Shown here one piece after another: positions 21,901 through 33,300 of a stretch of 64,000 nucleotides of DNA (position 1 is its first letter; every line of letters begins with the position of its first letter). The stretch comes from Tubiluchus corallicola. Its lineage: Eukaryota > Animalia > Priapulida. The notes beneath the pieces were generated by a model. That model was not told the DNA's origin. It made no database searches and worked only from the letters and a program-made list of their open reading frames with translations. Location: the NCBI GenBank assembly GCA_030141605.1, contig JAQGDQ010000901.1, positions 1-64,000 on the forward strand, in the 5' to 3' direction. Both the position numbers and the translations under genes were made by a program.

Positions 21901-24796
21901 TAGGTCCACCCCTTGGCTAAAGTGTGTTCTTGCCCATTACAAGCAACCACCTATGTACATTATATTATGCAATTTGTTCAATGATAAATGTTTTGTTCGA
22001 TTGAAGAGGCCTAACTTAGTTTGATTTTGTATAAGGAAGCTACCTGCATTGTTTACTTTATTTTTTATGGCTGTTGTTGTAATAATGTACCAGGCACCCA
22101 TGAACTATATCTGCCCCACATGTAACCTACATGTCAGTGTTATGCAGGTCATTTTGAAAGTGTGTTGGCTTCGGCCTTGTTTATTTTATTACAGGGGTGT
22201 TTTGCTTTCTCATTCAGCCTATATAGTGTTACAGTTACCTGTCTAAAGTATAAAACTACCTAGAATGTAGTGAACTGTTCCAGTAACAGGAAAATGTGCT
22301 TTTGATATTGAGAAGTGGGTAGAATGGTCTGGAAAATGAGAGCTGTTAAAATGTTGGGTTTATACCTTTGAGGACAAACTTAAAATTTATCTGTTGAAAA
22401 TGGCTGAACTGGTGTTTTATTGTGAAAAAGCCTGGACAGTTGTAAATGGTGTAATACTATCCTAATGGACAATGTGTTGTAATGCAATTGAGTGGAGTAA
22501 AGACCAACTTTGAGCCTTCTACACAGTATAAGCAACCCAGCCCTTGTTGTCAGGGTGTGGAGGACCGGCACCTAGTACTGTCGAGCGTGGTATGCGATGT
22601 TTTGGAGATGGTATCCCTTCCATGGAGTACCCCAGTGATTGCCAATGGACTGACGTAGTGAGCGCTCACTCCAGAGATAAGTAACAGTTTACTTTTGAGC
22701 TCAATAGTGATTATTCAAATTGGTGATATCTTGTGCACAAACTCTTATGGACAGTGAAAACTGCAGTTACTATTAGGTTACTGTTTGGTACCAAGAACTC
22801 GTGCTGTAATTCTTGAAATGGCCATCCTTAACTATTGTAATGTATTTTTTTCTTTTTCTCTTGATTCACTCATATTGTCTGTTAGTAGAATAAAAGCATT
22901 GAAATGTTAATTAGTCTTTTAGTAAGCTTTGTATTCTGAAACAGGTACACATAAACTACAAGGACAACTCCGCATTTCAAAAGCCTTAGTATTAGTCTCG
23001 CTACGTTACCAAAGTTAAGTGCGCTTCATACTCGTATTGCATAAGTTACTAATTACTATCACCCACGAGGAACGCCGTCATTACACCATCTTTTGGCAAA
23101 ACAAAATATCTATATTTACGTAGACATGTACATATGAATGTACCTTGATATAATGCCAAATTCGCTTATGGCCAACTTTTTTTGCAGTCTCGAAGTAGGC
23201 AGTATAAAGAAGTTTGACAGTAATGTAATTACAGATAACTGTGGAAATCTGCGAGCATGCAATAGGTGCTGGACTGAACTTATAGCATTCAGTTTTTAGC
23301 TTGCTAAAATAATTATTCTTACTATTTTGTTAGTGCTAACTAGCCGAACGTTATTATATTATAGTTGGTAACTGTTTTTTTTACATATTGGGCAACGGGA
23401 TTCACTAAAAAGCAAAAAATAGTATTAATGATTTTTTGTTTAACATTTTGGATTGCTTGCAGTTGATAATAGTAACTGCATCTGCAAAAAAAGATTACTC
23501 AAGACCTAGCAGGATAAGTGTGGCAGGCAGAAACTTTCACTAATATTAAAATAAGCTAAACTTCACTTGACTTTTCCCTTAAACATCAAAGTAAGTAGTA
23601 CTGCTTTTTTTTACTTAAAATGAGCCACTGCAACTTGTGTACTTGTTTTGCTTGAGATACAAATAAATTTTACATTTTTATGAAATATGGGAACAAATGC
23701 TCTCACACTGGTCCAACCTTCCTACACAAAGTTTTAGGATTAATGTAGATACGAAAAATGAGAACTCTAGTGTATAAATATCAATAAAACACAGGTTATA
23801 GATGGATACAAGGCTGAATTAATGAAAAGCCCTGCTTTTATTTTAAAAACAAAACAGATATTTTGCAACCCACTATGGGTTGCCGCTTCAGTGTGAATGT
23901 AAGAAATATGGGAAATCTTGAAACAGAAAAAGTTATACAGAATAACATCAAAAGAATGTAGAAACGTGCATTCCCTAAGACCGGCATTACAGGAATCTTA
24001 AGGATTATTACAGTGACATCAAGGAAAAAACTAAAAAAATAAGAAATTAGAAGACGATATAAACTGTCTATTGAATTTTTGGAAATAAGATACACCTACA
24101 CCATAAGATATGGCATTGTTAACATGTCAATATGCCATTGTTAACATTTCAAGAATATTCCAAAGGTTTCTGATTATCAGTTAAGGAATCACCAAATTTC
24201 TTTATGTACAGAGCCTCTTTGCCAATTTACTAACACATTTGAATGTATCCAATACTTCAACATTTTTGGGATTAATGTCATGCGATCTCTCCTGAAAATG
24301 TTGAGCACGGCCAGCTGCAGGTGGCCCAGATTTAAGCTTAGTGATACATGATACTAATCTCAAAAATGATGTGATATTGGACACCTATGTCGGTGGTTCC
24401 CTAATAAAGGTTTCCTAATTAATAATTGTCTTTATAGAACGGAAATAATCGTGGTGCCAATGAACAGCATGCACATATGTATCATGGTATATACTGTATT
24501 AATTATGCAGAAGTGTTTACCTATTGAATTTGCCAAATACACGCATTTACGATAGGCTGCTGCATAATAAAACTGCCGTTTATTAAGACCACTTATTGCT
24601 GGTCCTGCAGTGTTTTTATTAAGTGGCGACTACTATAATACACTTGGTTGTACCATTGCAACCCATTAATTTATTTGTCTAGATAAGTATCCAAACCTGA
24701 GTGTGAACTCAAGCCGCCAGTACAAGAATGCTCTTCCTTTTCCGCTTCTTGTTTTACAAACATTAAGAAACTGTGCCTCCCCTTTTCCAGCGTCAT
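12980..24796 (-). CDS. LRRC58/LRRC28-like leucine-rich-repeat protein (~321 aa); exons 24697-24796, 14457-14560, 13723-14245, 12980-13218
   Basis: GT-AG exons join in phase (966 nt). LRRs (LSLKYNDLEVLP, LALTGNKL, LLLDNNLLDALP), BC-box-like PLKLQFWAAKAV, Cys motifs CAHC and WACSLYC, C-terminal CTIL. The start codon could be 24763 or lie further upstream. Confidence 0.8.
15170..16369 (+). repeat. 5' LTR
   Basis: TG...CA termini. Direct repeat of 21886-23085 (offset 6716) with 4 mismatches seen. AATAAA at 16173-16178. Confidence 0.97.
16371..16388 (+). other. Primer-binding site complementary to the tRNA-Leu 3' end
   Basis: TGGTGGCAGCGGTGGGAT, 1 nt after the LTR, is the reverse complement of ATCCCACCGCTGCCA-CCA, the metazoan tRNA-Leu(AAG/TAG) 3' end. 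Confidence 0.9.
16724..21568 (+). CDS. Gag-Pol polyprotein (1614 aa): Gag (SCAN-like capsid CTD, CCHC), protease, integrase, reverse transcriptase, RNase H
   Basis: CFNCGGLGHMASRC knuckle; RDTAA protease motif; integrase HAHD..AHFG..CPVC, MDFVG/SDQG/TERFN (DDE) and WKGPY; RT LDLTKGYWQI, MPFGL, YIDD; RNase H TDAS, ELE, SDH, ADGLS. Confidence 0.97.
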   Translation: MEFVEFTQLQLQSLELEQLQGIARERGIKWERRSHEQLVTAIMGWQKVCNTKPSQPKVPDEDKILQAQGGGLHTEHSDKEAANDSLNDEEEPALQLAHSPLPSEYDFDLGLGRPPPAPPDFVQPVSPTVNTQVGGLPKVDVTMYAAFDANKLQIILEHQRKQERDKQEYELELRKIEAGMQAPWTSTPAPQVGTTSDTAAAHRNLRIKYFGEDAESPDLAEYFRYLERCLVVNRIPKADWPCVVARALAGNARSLQAYNCVPQTDLQDYDRIKSRVLSFFSLTPDSYRQTFRKLTRKPDECYRAYFTRVRNAGDLWLEAANVQTFEQVKELFYLEQALTGVPNDIAKWVKRNNWNNFDEVAEKCDRYKCSEGGRLEINPQQDSRGHSNFKKFPPRDSKGATAKQPVPNQEARISSWKCFNCGGLGHMASRCPSSRQTAKPLEAKRGNKLQLASTKQKDCIDVSQTSDEAFCFPAMVNGHKVIVQRDTAANVNCIHRRFVRANQFLPDRTEQILCGHGDRRTCRVARLPIECELVKGELEFVVQNKLPSECLLGNNFKSTWQPSKKLGPKHSVHRGQKFGKKQPFRTDSSRFKNCSGKSQQIEDRHGEQKDVEDDEHSSESQVVNQKGVSHPFSTPALQVMTRSQAKQFNEELEREEIERQEDEDHEIPALVNEQEEDNSHQGQSREALIQDLNNCITLKHLYDNVISEKQAKSLGKGYFIRDSLLFLHLKRAKDVDGKDLIVLPKKRRLEVLQHAHDNKLAAHFGIQKTTEKILREFYWPHIHSDIRRFVRSCPVCQKCSRRKASDRAKLQPITVNELPFQKICMDFVGPLPRTKSGNRYALVVTDFSTRYPEVYPTRTQTAEDTVKALLRYIASYGAPTEIVSDQGPAFISQILQDLESVLGIKGIYATAYHPQTSGLTERFNQTLKSSIRKLQLTEGDWEWDELIPLVLFAYRDCPQSSTSYSPYELVYGFPIRGPLTILREKYNVPRPKQLTEVNTFVEELMHKMEEVTNDAHAALHEAQLSQKKWYDERASERRLEVGSKVLVLLPKSAKKLNRIWKGPYQILERVSDQVYKIAFRGKKNRERNFHINLMRPWIERDEAQALLTFATPDKAAEVYEEGVTEVQDHMFPPSATQTQSIRDIDISESLTNKQKEQLIKTLHDHADIFTDLPGCTDLIEHEILVPKDAKPIHQPPYRVPQAQEAQIRKEISEMEKLGVIRKSNSSFSSPAVIVLKPDGTIRFCINYIKVNELTTFDPYPIPNMQEMLSSCHGAKYISKLDLTKGYWQIPLHPDSIKRSAFSLPWGQWEFLVMPFGLVNAAATCQKLMDKVLDGIPNYARGYIDDTIIWSTHYSEHISHLNEVLSRFGNAKLTLKPKKCTFACQQIDFLGHRLGNDMLRPQPDKLERIKHFPHPITKKNVRSFLGFVGFYRNFVPNFSSIAMPLFELTKKHLPNEVAWNKQAEEAFVQLRAAITSDSFLMAPDFSREFILSTDASNVGLGGVLSQINSEGREQVVSYISRKLTKPEQNYATVELELLAILWAVQKLNYYLMGRPFTIRSDHQCLTWLQRMKNKNRKLARWSLILQEYTFKVEYIKGAQNVADGLSRNSNENHKK
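21870..21885 (+). other. Polypurine-tract-like sequence
   Basis: AAAATTTGGGGGGCTA lies immediately before the 3' LTR. Confidence 0.55.
21886..23085 (+). repeat. 3' LTR
   Basis: 1200-bp direct repeat of the 5' LTR, followed by the TSD CCATC. Confidence 0.97.
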
Positions 24797-26639
24797 CGTG
24801 AGGTACCAATTTTCCGCTGATGACAACTACAGCGCAATAAAATAAGGTAATTATATAAAACTTAAATAATTTGTTACTGCAGTCAGTATCTAGCTAAACT
24901 CCTTCAGGACTGCATCATTCAAAATAGGTCTCATAAGGCCTAAACCTTTCTGCTACTATGAGCATAGACATAACTAAATGATTACTAATTAGGTACTGTT
25001 CTATTCAGGAGAATATTGGCTATCCAATCATGCTATTTGTTTAGACATTTATAAGTAATTTAATTGGATGAAATTAAGAAAAACACATCCTCTTCAGGCA
25101 TTCCAACTTAGCCTATTGAGTAGCTTGGACTGCCATACACTTATGTCATCATACACACTAATTTATTGATCGCCTTCTTGCTACTGCCCAAGCTGTGCAG
25201 TGTTCTGCTGCTATGCCAGGAAAAACCAACTGATCAGCCAAGGACAAATTAACACGTTTCATCTTTTAAAGGAAGACCAGACGATTGTTTAGACTCAATC
25301 TCATTTTAATTTACTGTCCAAAATATACATTTTCTTGCCTATAAAAGTTAACAATTGTTCCTTATATTTGAATAATTAGCTTAGAAAGTTAATTAATGGC
25401 AACAGAACACAGCTATTGCTTATGTCAGAAACTAACCACAGTTTGTGCAATGGCAGGCGTCTTCCCTTGCGCGTCAAGCACATTTGTATAGGTGTTACAG
25501 TACTGCTTAAATGCATGATGTCACGAAAAATGGGCTTTACATCATATGACATCATAAAACTAACACAGCAGTTCATGATCATGATTATCATGGTACCGCC
25601 TTCTATGTGTCGGCCACTCGCACGTGACAAAAGGCGTCGCTGCCAATCTTAGTAGATTCACTAAGCCGCACGTAGCTTTGAAAGTTTAACGAAATTTGAG
25701 TATCCAAGGTAATTATTATTTAATCTAAGCTTTGATTTAAAATAAGTTATTGTAGTTTTCAATATTTTAGAGTATTCTTTATTCTGAACTAGTGTTTACA
25801 CAATCATCCGGCTTTCTTTTAACAGGAATTTCTCCTTAAAAATAGAGTAGACTTGAGACCAAAGTGTATCAGTATGTTGAGGCTGGATAGTTGAAATTTT
25901 CAGCATTAGCCAATTTCACATAAGTGAAAGTGATACTGTACATTGTTATAGTGCAGACACTGCAGTTACTGAAAAGCGTTTTTTCAATTTGTTCATCAAA
26001 AATCAATTTTTAATTTATTTAAAGTAAGCAAATGTATTTCATATATAATTTTGCATGAAAGTCCATTATAGGAGAAGTAGAATGATAAAAAATGATGAAA
26101 TATAACATAATCCTGCTTAGCGAAAACAGTGTTTCATGAACTCATGCAAAATGCAGCAAATGCTTATAGTCCTGAAGGAGTTAATATGCAGGGTGTTTTA
26201 CATGGTTAAATTATCAATAGTGACAAAGGAATGGTGTAATGACAAAATAGCAGTCTGTCGTGACATTATAATGTAAGATAAAAGTTGTACCGCTTCAATC
26301 TTGTTTGACTGGTAAAACTCTCGAATCTCTTCACAAACAGCCTTACAATCAACATTTTGTATCGGACTACTGATGTCAGTTCTTGTCAGTTTTGTAGATG
26401 CCTGTAACAATTAAATTATAGCAAAATTTTGCATCCATTAAAATAAAACACTTCATAATGAACCAAATAAAAAAAGATTTAATAATCTTTAATAAATAAA
26501 AAAAGACAATTTTCCCATTCAGTTGATTTCTATGATAGAACCCAACAGGGCAACTTATATAAGCCAGTTTAAGCAAAGGTCATCCTTAGTTTAAGCAATT
26601 AAGAAATATCATCCTTAGTGATACTGCTTGATTTACACT

Positions 26640-27240
26640 ATCTTCGTGTACCCATGATCATGGCCGTAAAGTAGATCACTCTACAAGTTGGATAAATCAT
26701 GAACTTGACTATTATCTGTACAGTAAAATTGAACTTTGACATCAAAAATTTGTACCCACACCAATGTAAAGAACGATTTCCACTTTCAGAGGAGTCAAAA
26801 GTATATTTTACCATCAGGGTCATCAGTTTAAAACTTATGCCCCAGAAATTCATAAGTTGAAAATATTACACTATAATGAAAGTTATTAAAGTTAAACCCT
26901 TGCAAACTATTACTAGTACTAGTAGTGTATTCATTAACGAACTCATTTATTAAGCCAAGCCAGATTAATGAAGGACAAATAGCAGATAAATTCAAATTGA
27001 ATAATAATTTCTTACCGTCGGAGTTATCTCTCTGAAAATATGTGAGTTTGCATTCGATTTGAAATCTTGTCCAAGGGAATGTCTCCATTTACAGTTATTA
27101 ATTTTGTCTGGTACGTTCACCACGTGAAAAGGTTGTGATGCTGTTTTACCAAAACTTTCTTTCAAATTTTCCCATAACTCACTGTTATTTTCCAATTTAC
27201 TCAACAACAAAAATTCGTAACAGTGCAAAATACTATGCAT
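26640..27240 (-). mobile_element. Possible degraded Polinton/Maverick (adintovirus) major-capsid remnant
   Basis: Frameshifted pieces FPWTRFQIECK, CPSLIWLGLIN, GFNFNNF, YTFDS and IIVKF follow the order I recall for the Polinton MCP C-terminal motifs (YPIRRVECK, LPKRIVIGFVD, NPFNFKHY, LFAFDL, LEVKF). Confidence 0.4.
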
Positions 27241-29269
27241 TATAGCTTAAACGTACAAGTTTCTCAGCTAACAATATTTTATGTTACATAATGTCCTATA
27301 ACGCTTTGATATCATTAACGGTGACTGTAGTAAAAAGTTTTATAAATGTTTTTAATATGTATGCTTTTTTGAAGCGAATTTGCACTTTTATCACACAATA
27401 AAATGTATTATTACATGAAACGATTATACACTAATGGGCAAATTTCACAAACATTCGGGATTAGCATTACTAAACCATAAGTTCCCATGTTCTCTTTTGT
27501 CGTTCAAAACCAACAAATAAATCAGACGCATCGACGTGTGTGCGACACCTAGGACCCACTGAAATGAACGAACCTAACAAAACTACCATTACCGATATAT
27601 GTATTACTATGAAATTTTTAGTGAGCGCTTGGAACGATTTATACAAGCAATTTAATTTAAAAATTTAAAAAAAAATGATCTAACTGGTAACTGTGAAACA
27701 AATCCATTACATTATGTATATGCTTGATAGCTGGATCAACACAATTCTTCAACCTGCTGTTGTTGTAAGCGACCTTCCTGTATGCTGATTGTGTGGACAA
27801 TTTGTACTTTGGATGCTTGACTCACACCATATGCTTCCATTCTTTCTGCCAAACTGCAAGACAGAGACAATATATTTTGCTTGCAGAATGAAGTGTTGCT
27901 GAACTTGTGTTTCTACCCTGCCTGCAAAGCGGAAGGAAGTTGCAAAAGGCCAAACAGGAAGATCCAGGAGCTCCCAACACTGAAACTGCACCATTATAGA
28001 GCTCTGGTGGGGTATTATGTTTCGTATTGATACTTTGTAGAATGTATTATTATTTTGTTATTACTTTCATAATATTCAATAACAATCACTAAAATATTAA
28101 TTTCATAGTTAAAGCGTTTATTTCTATTTCAAGCTTCAGTATAATTAAAATACTAGCTTTATGAGAATAAGCCAGTACCTATAGCGCCTTAGTTAGCTCG
28201 CCCACGCACCATAAATGCTTTGTGGTCATTTTGAGACATAAGCATGACCTGTTAAAACAATCCTGACAAACGAAAAAATTATAATTGAACTACACTAGGT
28301 CATCACAGTAACAATATACGTCCTTATGACATGCCACAGCTTGAAAAGCCCTCATGTTCAACTCAACTTTAACCTGAACTGAAAACAAAAGACTTATAAT
28401 GCGTCAAAGACTGACTGTACTTCAGCTGTGGCCGAAGACTAAAATTCTTTGAGAATAAGTATAAAGTGGATTTTAAATATTTTTTATTCTAATCACAAAA
28501 ACTTACATGAAATTTATAGACAAGGTAAAATAACTTTTCTCTAACCATTATAGTTGTAAGCCCTTTTCTGTCAATTACTAAAGAGCCATTCATTTTAATC
28601 ATCTTAAAAATGATTTATTTTAACAAAAACAAAACGAACAATGAAACAAAACTAAATTATTAACATTAGATTATATTTCTCAGTTACTAACAATAGAGAA
28701 TAACATAGATTGTAACAATTAGATTAGGTTTACAAGGCCCTTTCTTCAGATCCAGCAAGTAGAGTGACATAATTCATCCACCAATTATTGTTCGGTTCGT
28801 ATTTACGTTTTAAGGCCGTCAACATAATTTACACAGCGTTATTAAATGTTCATAATTTGCATGAATATACACATATAATTATTTTTTTTTCTATTTTTGG
28901 TATTTACTAAAATGATGGTTTGTAAAATTTACTCTACAAATCCGTGCCTGTTTTCGCTTGTTGATATTTTTTATTTTTTGCTTGTTAATTTCTTGTTAAT
29001 GATTTACAATACTTTCTTGAGAAAAAACATCCAGTAAACCTTATTGTGCTATGTCGAATAAATTTGAAGTTAATGTGTGGGAGGCTGATTCTATATCAAT
29101 ATATTTTCCATCAAGCATTCCCATTTAGATAGACATTAAATGTGACTAACATGTTTGTTTTTTATTCAGGGATAAAAAATTAATTATTTGTTTTGATTTG
29201 ACATTGTTCTGCTGTCCTGGTATGTAACATTGTAGCAAGCTATATAATATAATAAAACATTCACTTATT

Positions 29270-29750
29270 TTTTATTCAAATCGCTCTCATTCTCCCAGCA
29301 GGGCTAATGGCCACTAACAAGGGGTTATTATAGTAAGAAGGCAAAGATATAATGTTATAAATATTGTCCCGAGATATTAAATTTACATAATTAATTTACT
29401 GGAGAGGGAACGCATCTGTTCATGTTCTTTTTAAACCAAGTGAGGTTACAATTTTCAAGAAAAAAACTGGATTGATGACCAGTTTTCTACATTTAGGAAT
29501 GCCCAGAGAAAGCCTATGAGAAACACAAAAGGGAGTACTATCAGCTAATTGCCAATGCTTGAGAAGTAGTTGAAAGGACTTAGTGCAGCAACTGACCTTC
29601 GATGAGCAAGAAACTTCGGTGTTTACCTCTCTTCACACTCGACTAGACCGGGAATATGCTTTTGCAAACTGCCAAGTGGTTAAGGTGAACAAGCTGAGAC
29701 AGATGTGACTGCAATATTCCATGCAAGATCAAATGGTCAGCTAGTAAAGA
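29270..29750 (-). mobile_element. Old LINE 3'-end remnant
   Basis: The minus strand has degenerate coding-like sequence (..RCEEVN..PFCV..LENC) followed by an AATAAA/A-rich tail. Weak evidence. Confidence 0.3.
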
Positions 29751-30393
29751 TAATGTATATTATAGCTTCAGTAATTGAACAACTGCAATTATTTTATCTT
29801 TTTTAATTTGCGGGAAATAGCCATTAACTAATGTTTGTAAAATTGGACAATAAATTTTTTTTACTGTACTACTATTTTTATGATAATTCAACTTTCTGAG
29901 CTCGGAACATGAGTCGCGGCCAAGCAAGAGAACGTATGACTGATCAAATAGAAGAACGTACCCTTATTATGGTCAGAGAATGACACAAGACGTTAAACGT
30001 GGTCTTGACAAAAGAAGATGAATTAATATCCTTGTAGTATTAAACAAAGCTTGTATTTGCTGTCAAAGCTTCTGCATAGCATACTTTTCAAGTTAACTAT
30101 GAAATGCATTTTTATTCACGCTTTTCCTGCGTTAACATTTGAAGACGCGTTTGTGTGTCGTAACTTAAATTTTCAGTAGCAGCACAACAATTCAACCAAT
30201 AGTGAAAATTGTAAGCGGTGCGCTCGCACAGGAGTGTTTACAATATTTTTGAACGACCCAAATATTATGAGCGACATGGCGCGACACATATGGCATGCTT
30301 ACAGCGTTAACTCCCAGTGAAGTATTTTTACTGAAAACCACCATTTAAACTAACTTGCTAAGTAAAAGTTGTATTAATTGTTAATGATTCACG

Positions 30394-33300
30394 ATGAGTT
30401 TTCCATTTTATAAACCTCCAAATTTTTATTATCCGGTCAGTATAACTTTGACCGTCATTGGAGGAACAGTTCTTTTAAGGTAGAGTTCCTCGCTAGTAGC
30501 TGGTTGCTATTGCTTCATGTCATGAGCACCTTATCCCTTATGCAAAGAAATGGAATAAGGTATTCATGGGCGAAGTCACTTTATCATCATTGAGTGGCAT
30601 TAACGCCTTTGACATTAGATAACTTGCATTTAGTATAATAAATACCGATTTTACTTTTTTGCTTGAAATTTTTACTAATCTATGTTATAGTTAATAATTA
30701 CTAATGCTTGCAATTAATTAATTAAATTTCTACCAATCAGCTAAATAATTTGCGACAGTACTGTAGGTGTGTTATACAGGCATTGGTTAGTTAAACTGAA
30801 CTTCTTGCCATAAATAGCCGTACATTGTGGGTGTAATTCATGTGATATACGCATATAATTGAAAAAGTCGCTTGACACCTCAATATTTAGATCTTTGAAA
30901 ATCAGGCTGTAACTGCCTTTTTGAATTATTTGCTGTAGCCTGGTTTTCATCCAAACTTTTAACTTTTTCTTCTCCAATTTCTTCTGTTTTAACCATTCAA
31001 GCCGAAGCTAGCCATCCAACAAAGTACGTCTGCATATTGTCGCCATAATTTGATTGACAGCCCTTGCAAAATAGTTATTGCCAGAGTTTGATGGAGTAAA
31101 GTTTGATGTCAGTTTTTCGGCTGATAATTTTTGTTTGTTAGTTTTAATTTGACATTTTAAAAACTGATCTTGTGAACAGACCATTAGACAGTCGACTAGG
31201 CTGAATGTGAAAAAGCTTGGTCGCTTGAAAAATTAACAGAAAAGGGTTAAAAACACAAAAAAATGAAGTAGTTGCCAGGTTTTCGTACAAACAATATAAA
31301 TCAAAAGAAATGTTTAGAAAATTAATTTTAAAAGGTGATTTCTGATATATATTCCAGAGCATTTTGTACTAAGGAATCCATTTCTGTTACTTTTATTTTA
31401 AAAATGACCAGTACACAAAACAAAATTATGCCAGTTATGCATTTATATTAGCTGTTCTATCTAAAGATTTAGAATAAAAAACAAAAAGCAAATTATTTTT
31501 ATCACTTCATCCTTGTTGGACCTTGAAAAGGAAGCAAAGCAACTTAAACAGTCCGACAAACAAAAATAAAAATGGCCGCAGGATCCCAACATAATTGTCT
31601 AGCAGAATGGCAAAAAGCTATCTCATGTCGCTTGAAAGCTACTAAACTTTGCACAATGCTAAAGTCCATCAAGGTGGTTAATTTTGGATACGAGGCCATT
31701 TAAAAAACATCTAATATGATTGCCATTTCCAAGATGGATGTCAAGATCTGAACTATAAAGCAGAGTTAACGAAAGTAACTTACTTTTTGTTTTTTATAAG
31801 AAATCTTTAGGTGAAACACTGATGGAATTGCACAATTAAGCATAATTTCATTTTGTGTGGTGGCCATTTTTCAAGCGAAAGTAACAGAAATGCATTGCTT
31901 AGGCCCATCTAACCTGGAATAAATGTCGTAATAATCACTTCTTAATAACAACTTTAGAACTGGAAATTTTTTTGATTTATATAGTTTACGCAAAAACTTG
32001 GTGGCCATTTTGTTTTTTGCGTATTTGACCCTTTTCCACTAATATTTCAAGCTGGCAACAGCTTTTTTTGATTCAGTATAGACTAACTTTGCCCAACTAA
32101 TGTTGCCCACCTTTGGAAAGCGCCCCAGAACTTTATTGTTCTCGCCTTTTCAGGGATTTTCTTCTAGTCTAGAAGGACTTTGTAAAGAGATATTGCTATC
32201 TTGGCTTATTTAATCCATGTAGAGGTTGCAAAGTATTTCATCTATGTGAATATTTTAATGAATAGATATGTTGAGATATTTTGTATTATTTTTACAATTG
32301 CCATAACTATAAATAAAAAACTTTTGGGGTGTATAAGAAAAGAAATGAAAAATATTCCTGATAAATGAAAAAGTGAAAACTTACTCAAATTTTAAGCATT
32401 TTTGTACAATGTGAAAATACTATTGACAGAAAGCTTCATTGTCTATTTCGGAGATATAGCCATTGTTGGTCTGCCATTAAGCTTCATTGTCTATTTCAGA
32501 GATATATTCATTGTTGGTCCGCCATTTAAAGGAAAAGAGCGACTTGAAGGTCGTACTGTAATTATAACTGGTGCTAATTCTGGCATTGGAAAAGGGACTG
32601 CAGAATCTTTAGCAGAAAGAGGTGAATCATTAAACTAATGTTGCAAGGTTTTTGTGCAATTTGAAATAAAACTTTTAGCATTTATTTTGCAAGTGGATTC
32701 TTCACTATATTTTTCTAGGCGCTCGGGTGATCTTAGCGTGCCGGAACATTGAAGATGGCAAAAGAGTGAGAGAAGAACTAATCAGAAAGACTCGGAACAC
32801 TCAAATAGCATTGAGGAAACTCGACCTGTCTTCAATAAAATCTATTAAAAATTTTGCTAATTTGATAAATGAAAGTAGGTTTATATTTTCAAGTTCAAAT
32901 GCATGTACATGTGCGTGTGTTGGTTTTTAAGCTTTCATTTATGATTTTTTATTTCTCAATGTTTGAAACGTATAAGGAGTAGAGTCCTGTGAGATAGGTC
33001 AGCTGAAACTAATGTTGCTGCTTTGTAGACTTGCTTTATTTTCAAAGCCGCTGATATAAAAGTTTTTGTTGCTTTTAAATTCATAATATTGTCAACTTGT
33101 TATAATTTTGGTTTTCGCTGTCGCAGTTTGACTTTGGTTGCTGTGCATCTACATCCTTGCACTTAATTTTGATGAAGTTCACATATGATGCATAGAAAGC
33201 AAAAGGTAAAGAAGGTTGTACTTCTTAGGAACGTCTATTATTTATAGTCTTAATATTACGATTATTAATAATGATGTTTCAAGCGCACTGTTAATTGAAA

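Larger units (their letters stand above)
15170..23085 (+). mobile_element. Complete Gmr1-type Ty3/Gypsy LTR retrotransposon (7916 bp)
   Basis: Two 1200-bp LTRs (TGTGATG...CATTACA), 5-bp TSD CCATC (15165-15169, 23086-23090), PBS, PPT-like tract and an uninterrupted gag-pol ORF. Confidence 0.97.
15105..23220. mobile_element. Tigger/pogo-type MITE (~195 bp: 15105-15169 plus 23091-23220) split by the LTR element
   Basis: TA|CAGTCAAACATTGTTATAATGCC ... GGCAGTATAAAGAAGTTTGACAG|TA; 20/25 inverted match including the TA TSDs. Confidence 0.65.

Noticed and set aside
24385-24637. Possible old TA-flanked MITE
   Set aside because: Only the right end looks TIR-like; the left match is too weak.
27749-27994. 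81-aa minus-strand ORF in a slightly GC-richer patch
   Set aside because: No recognisable motif and no convincing exon partners.
31560-32170. Cluster of AAAATGGC/GCCATTTT words suggesting a non-autonomous DNA transposon
   Set aside because: Termini and TSD could not be defined.
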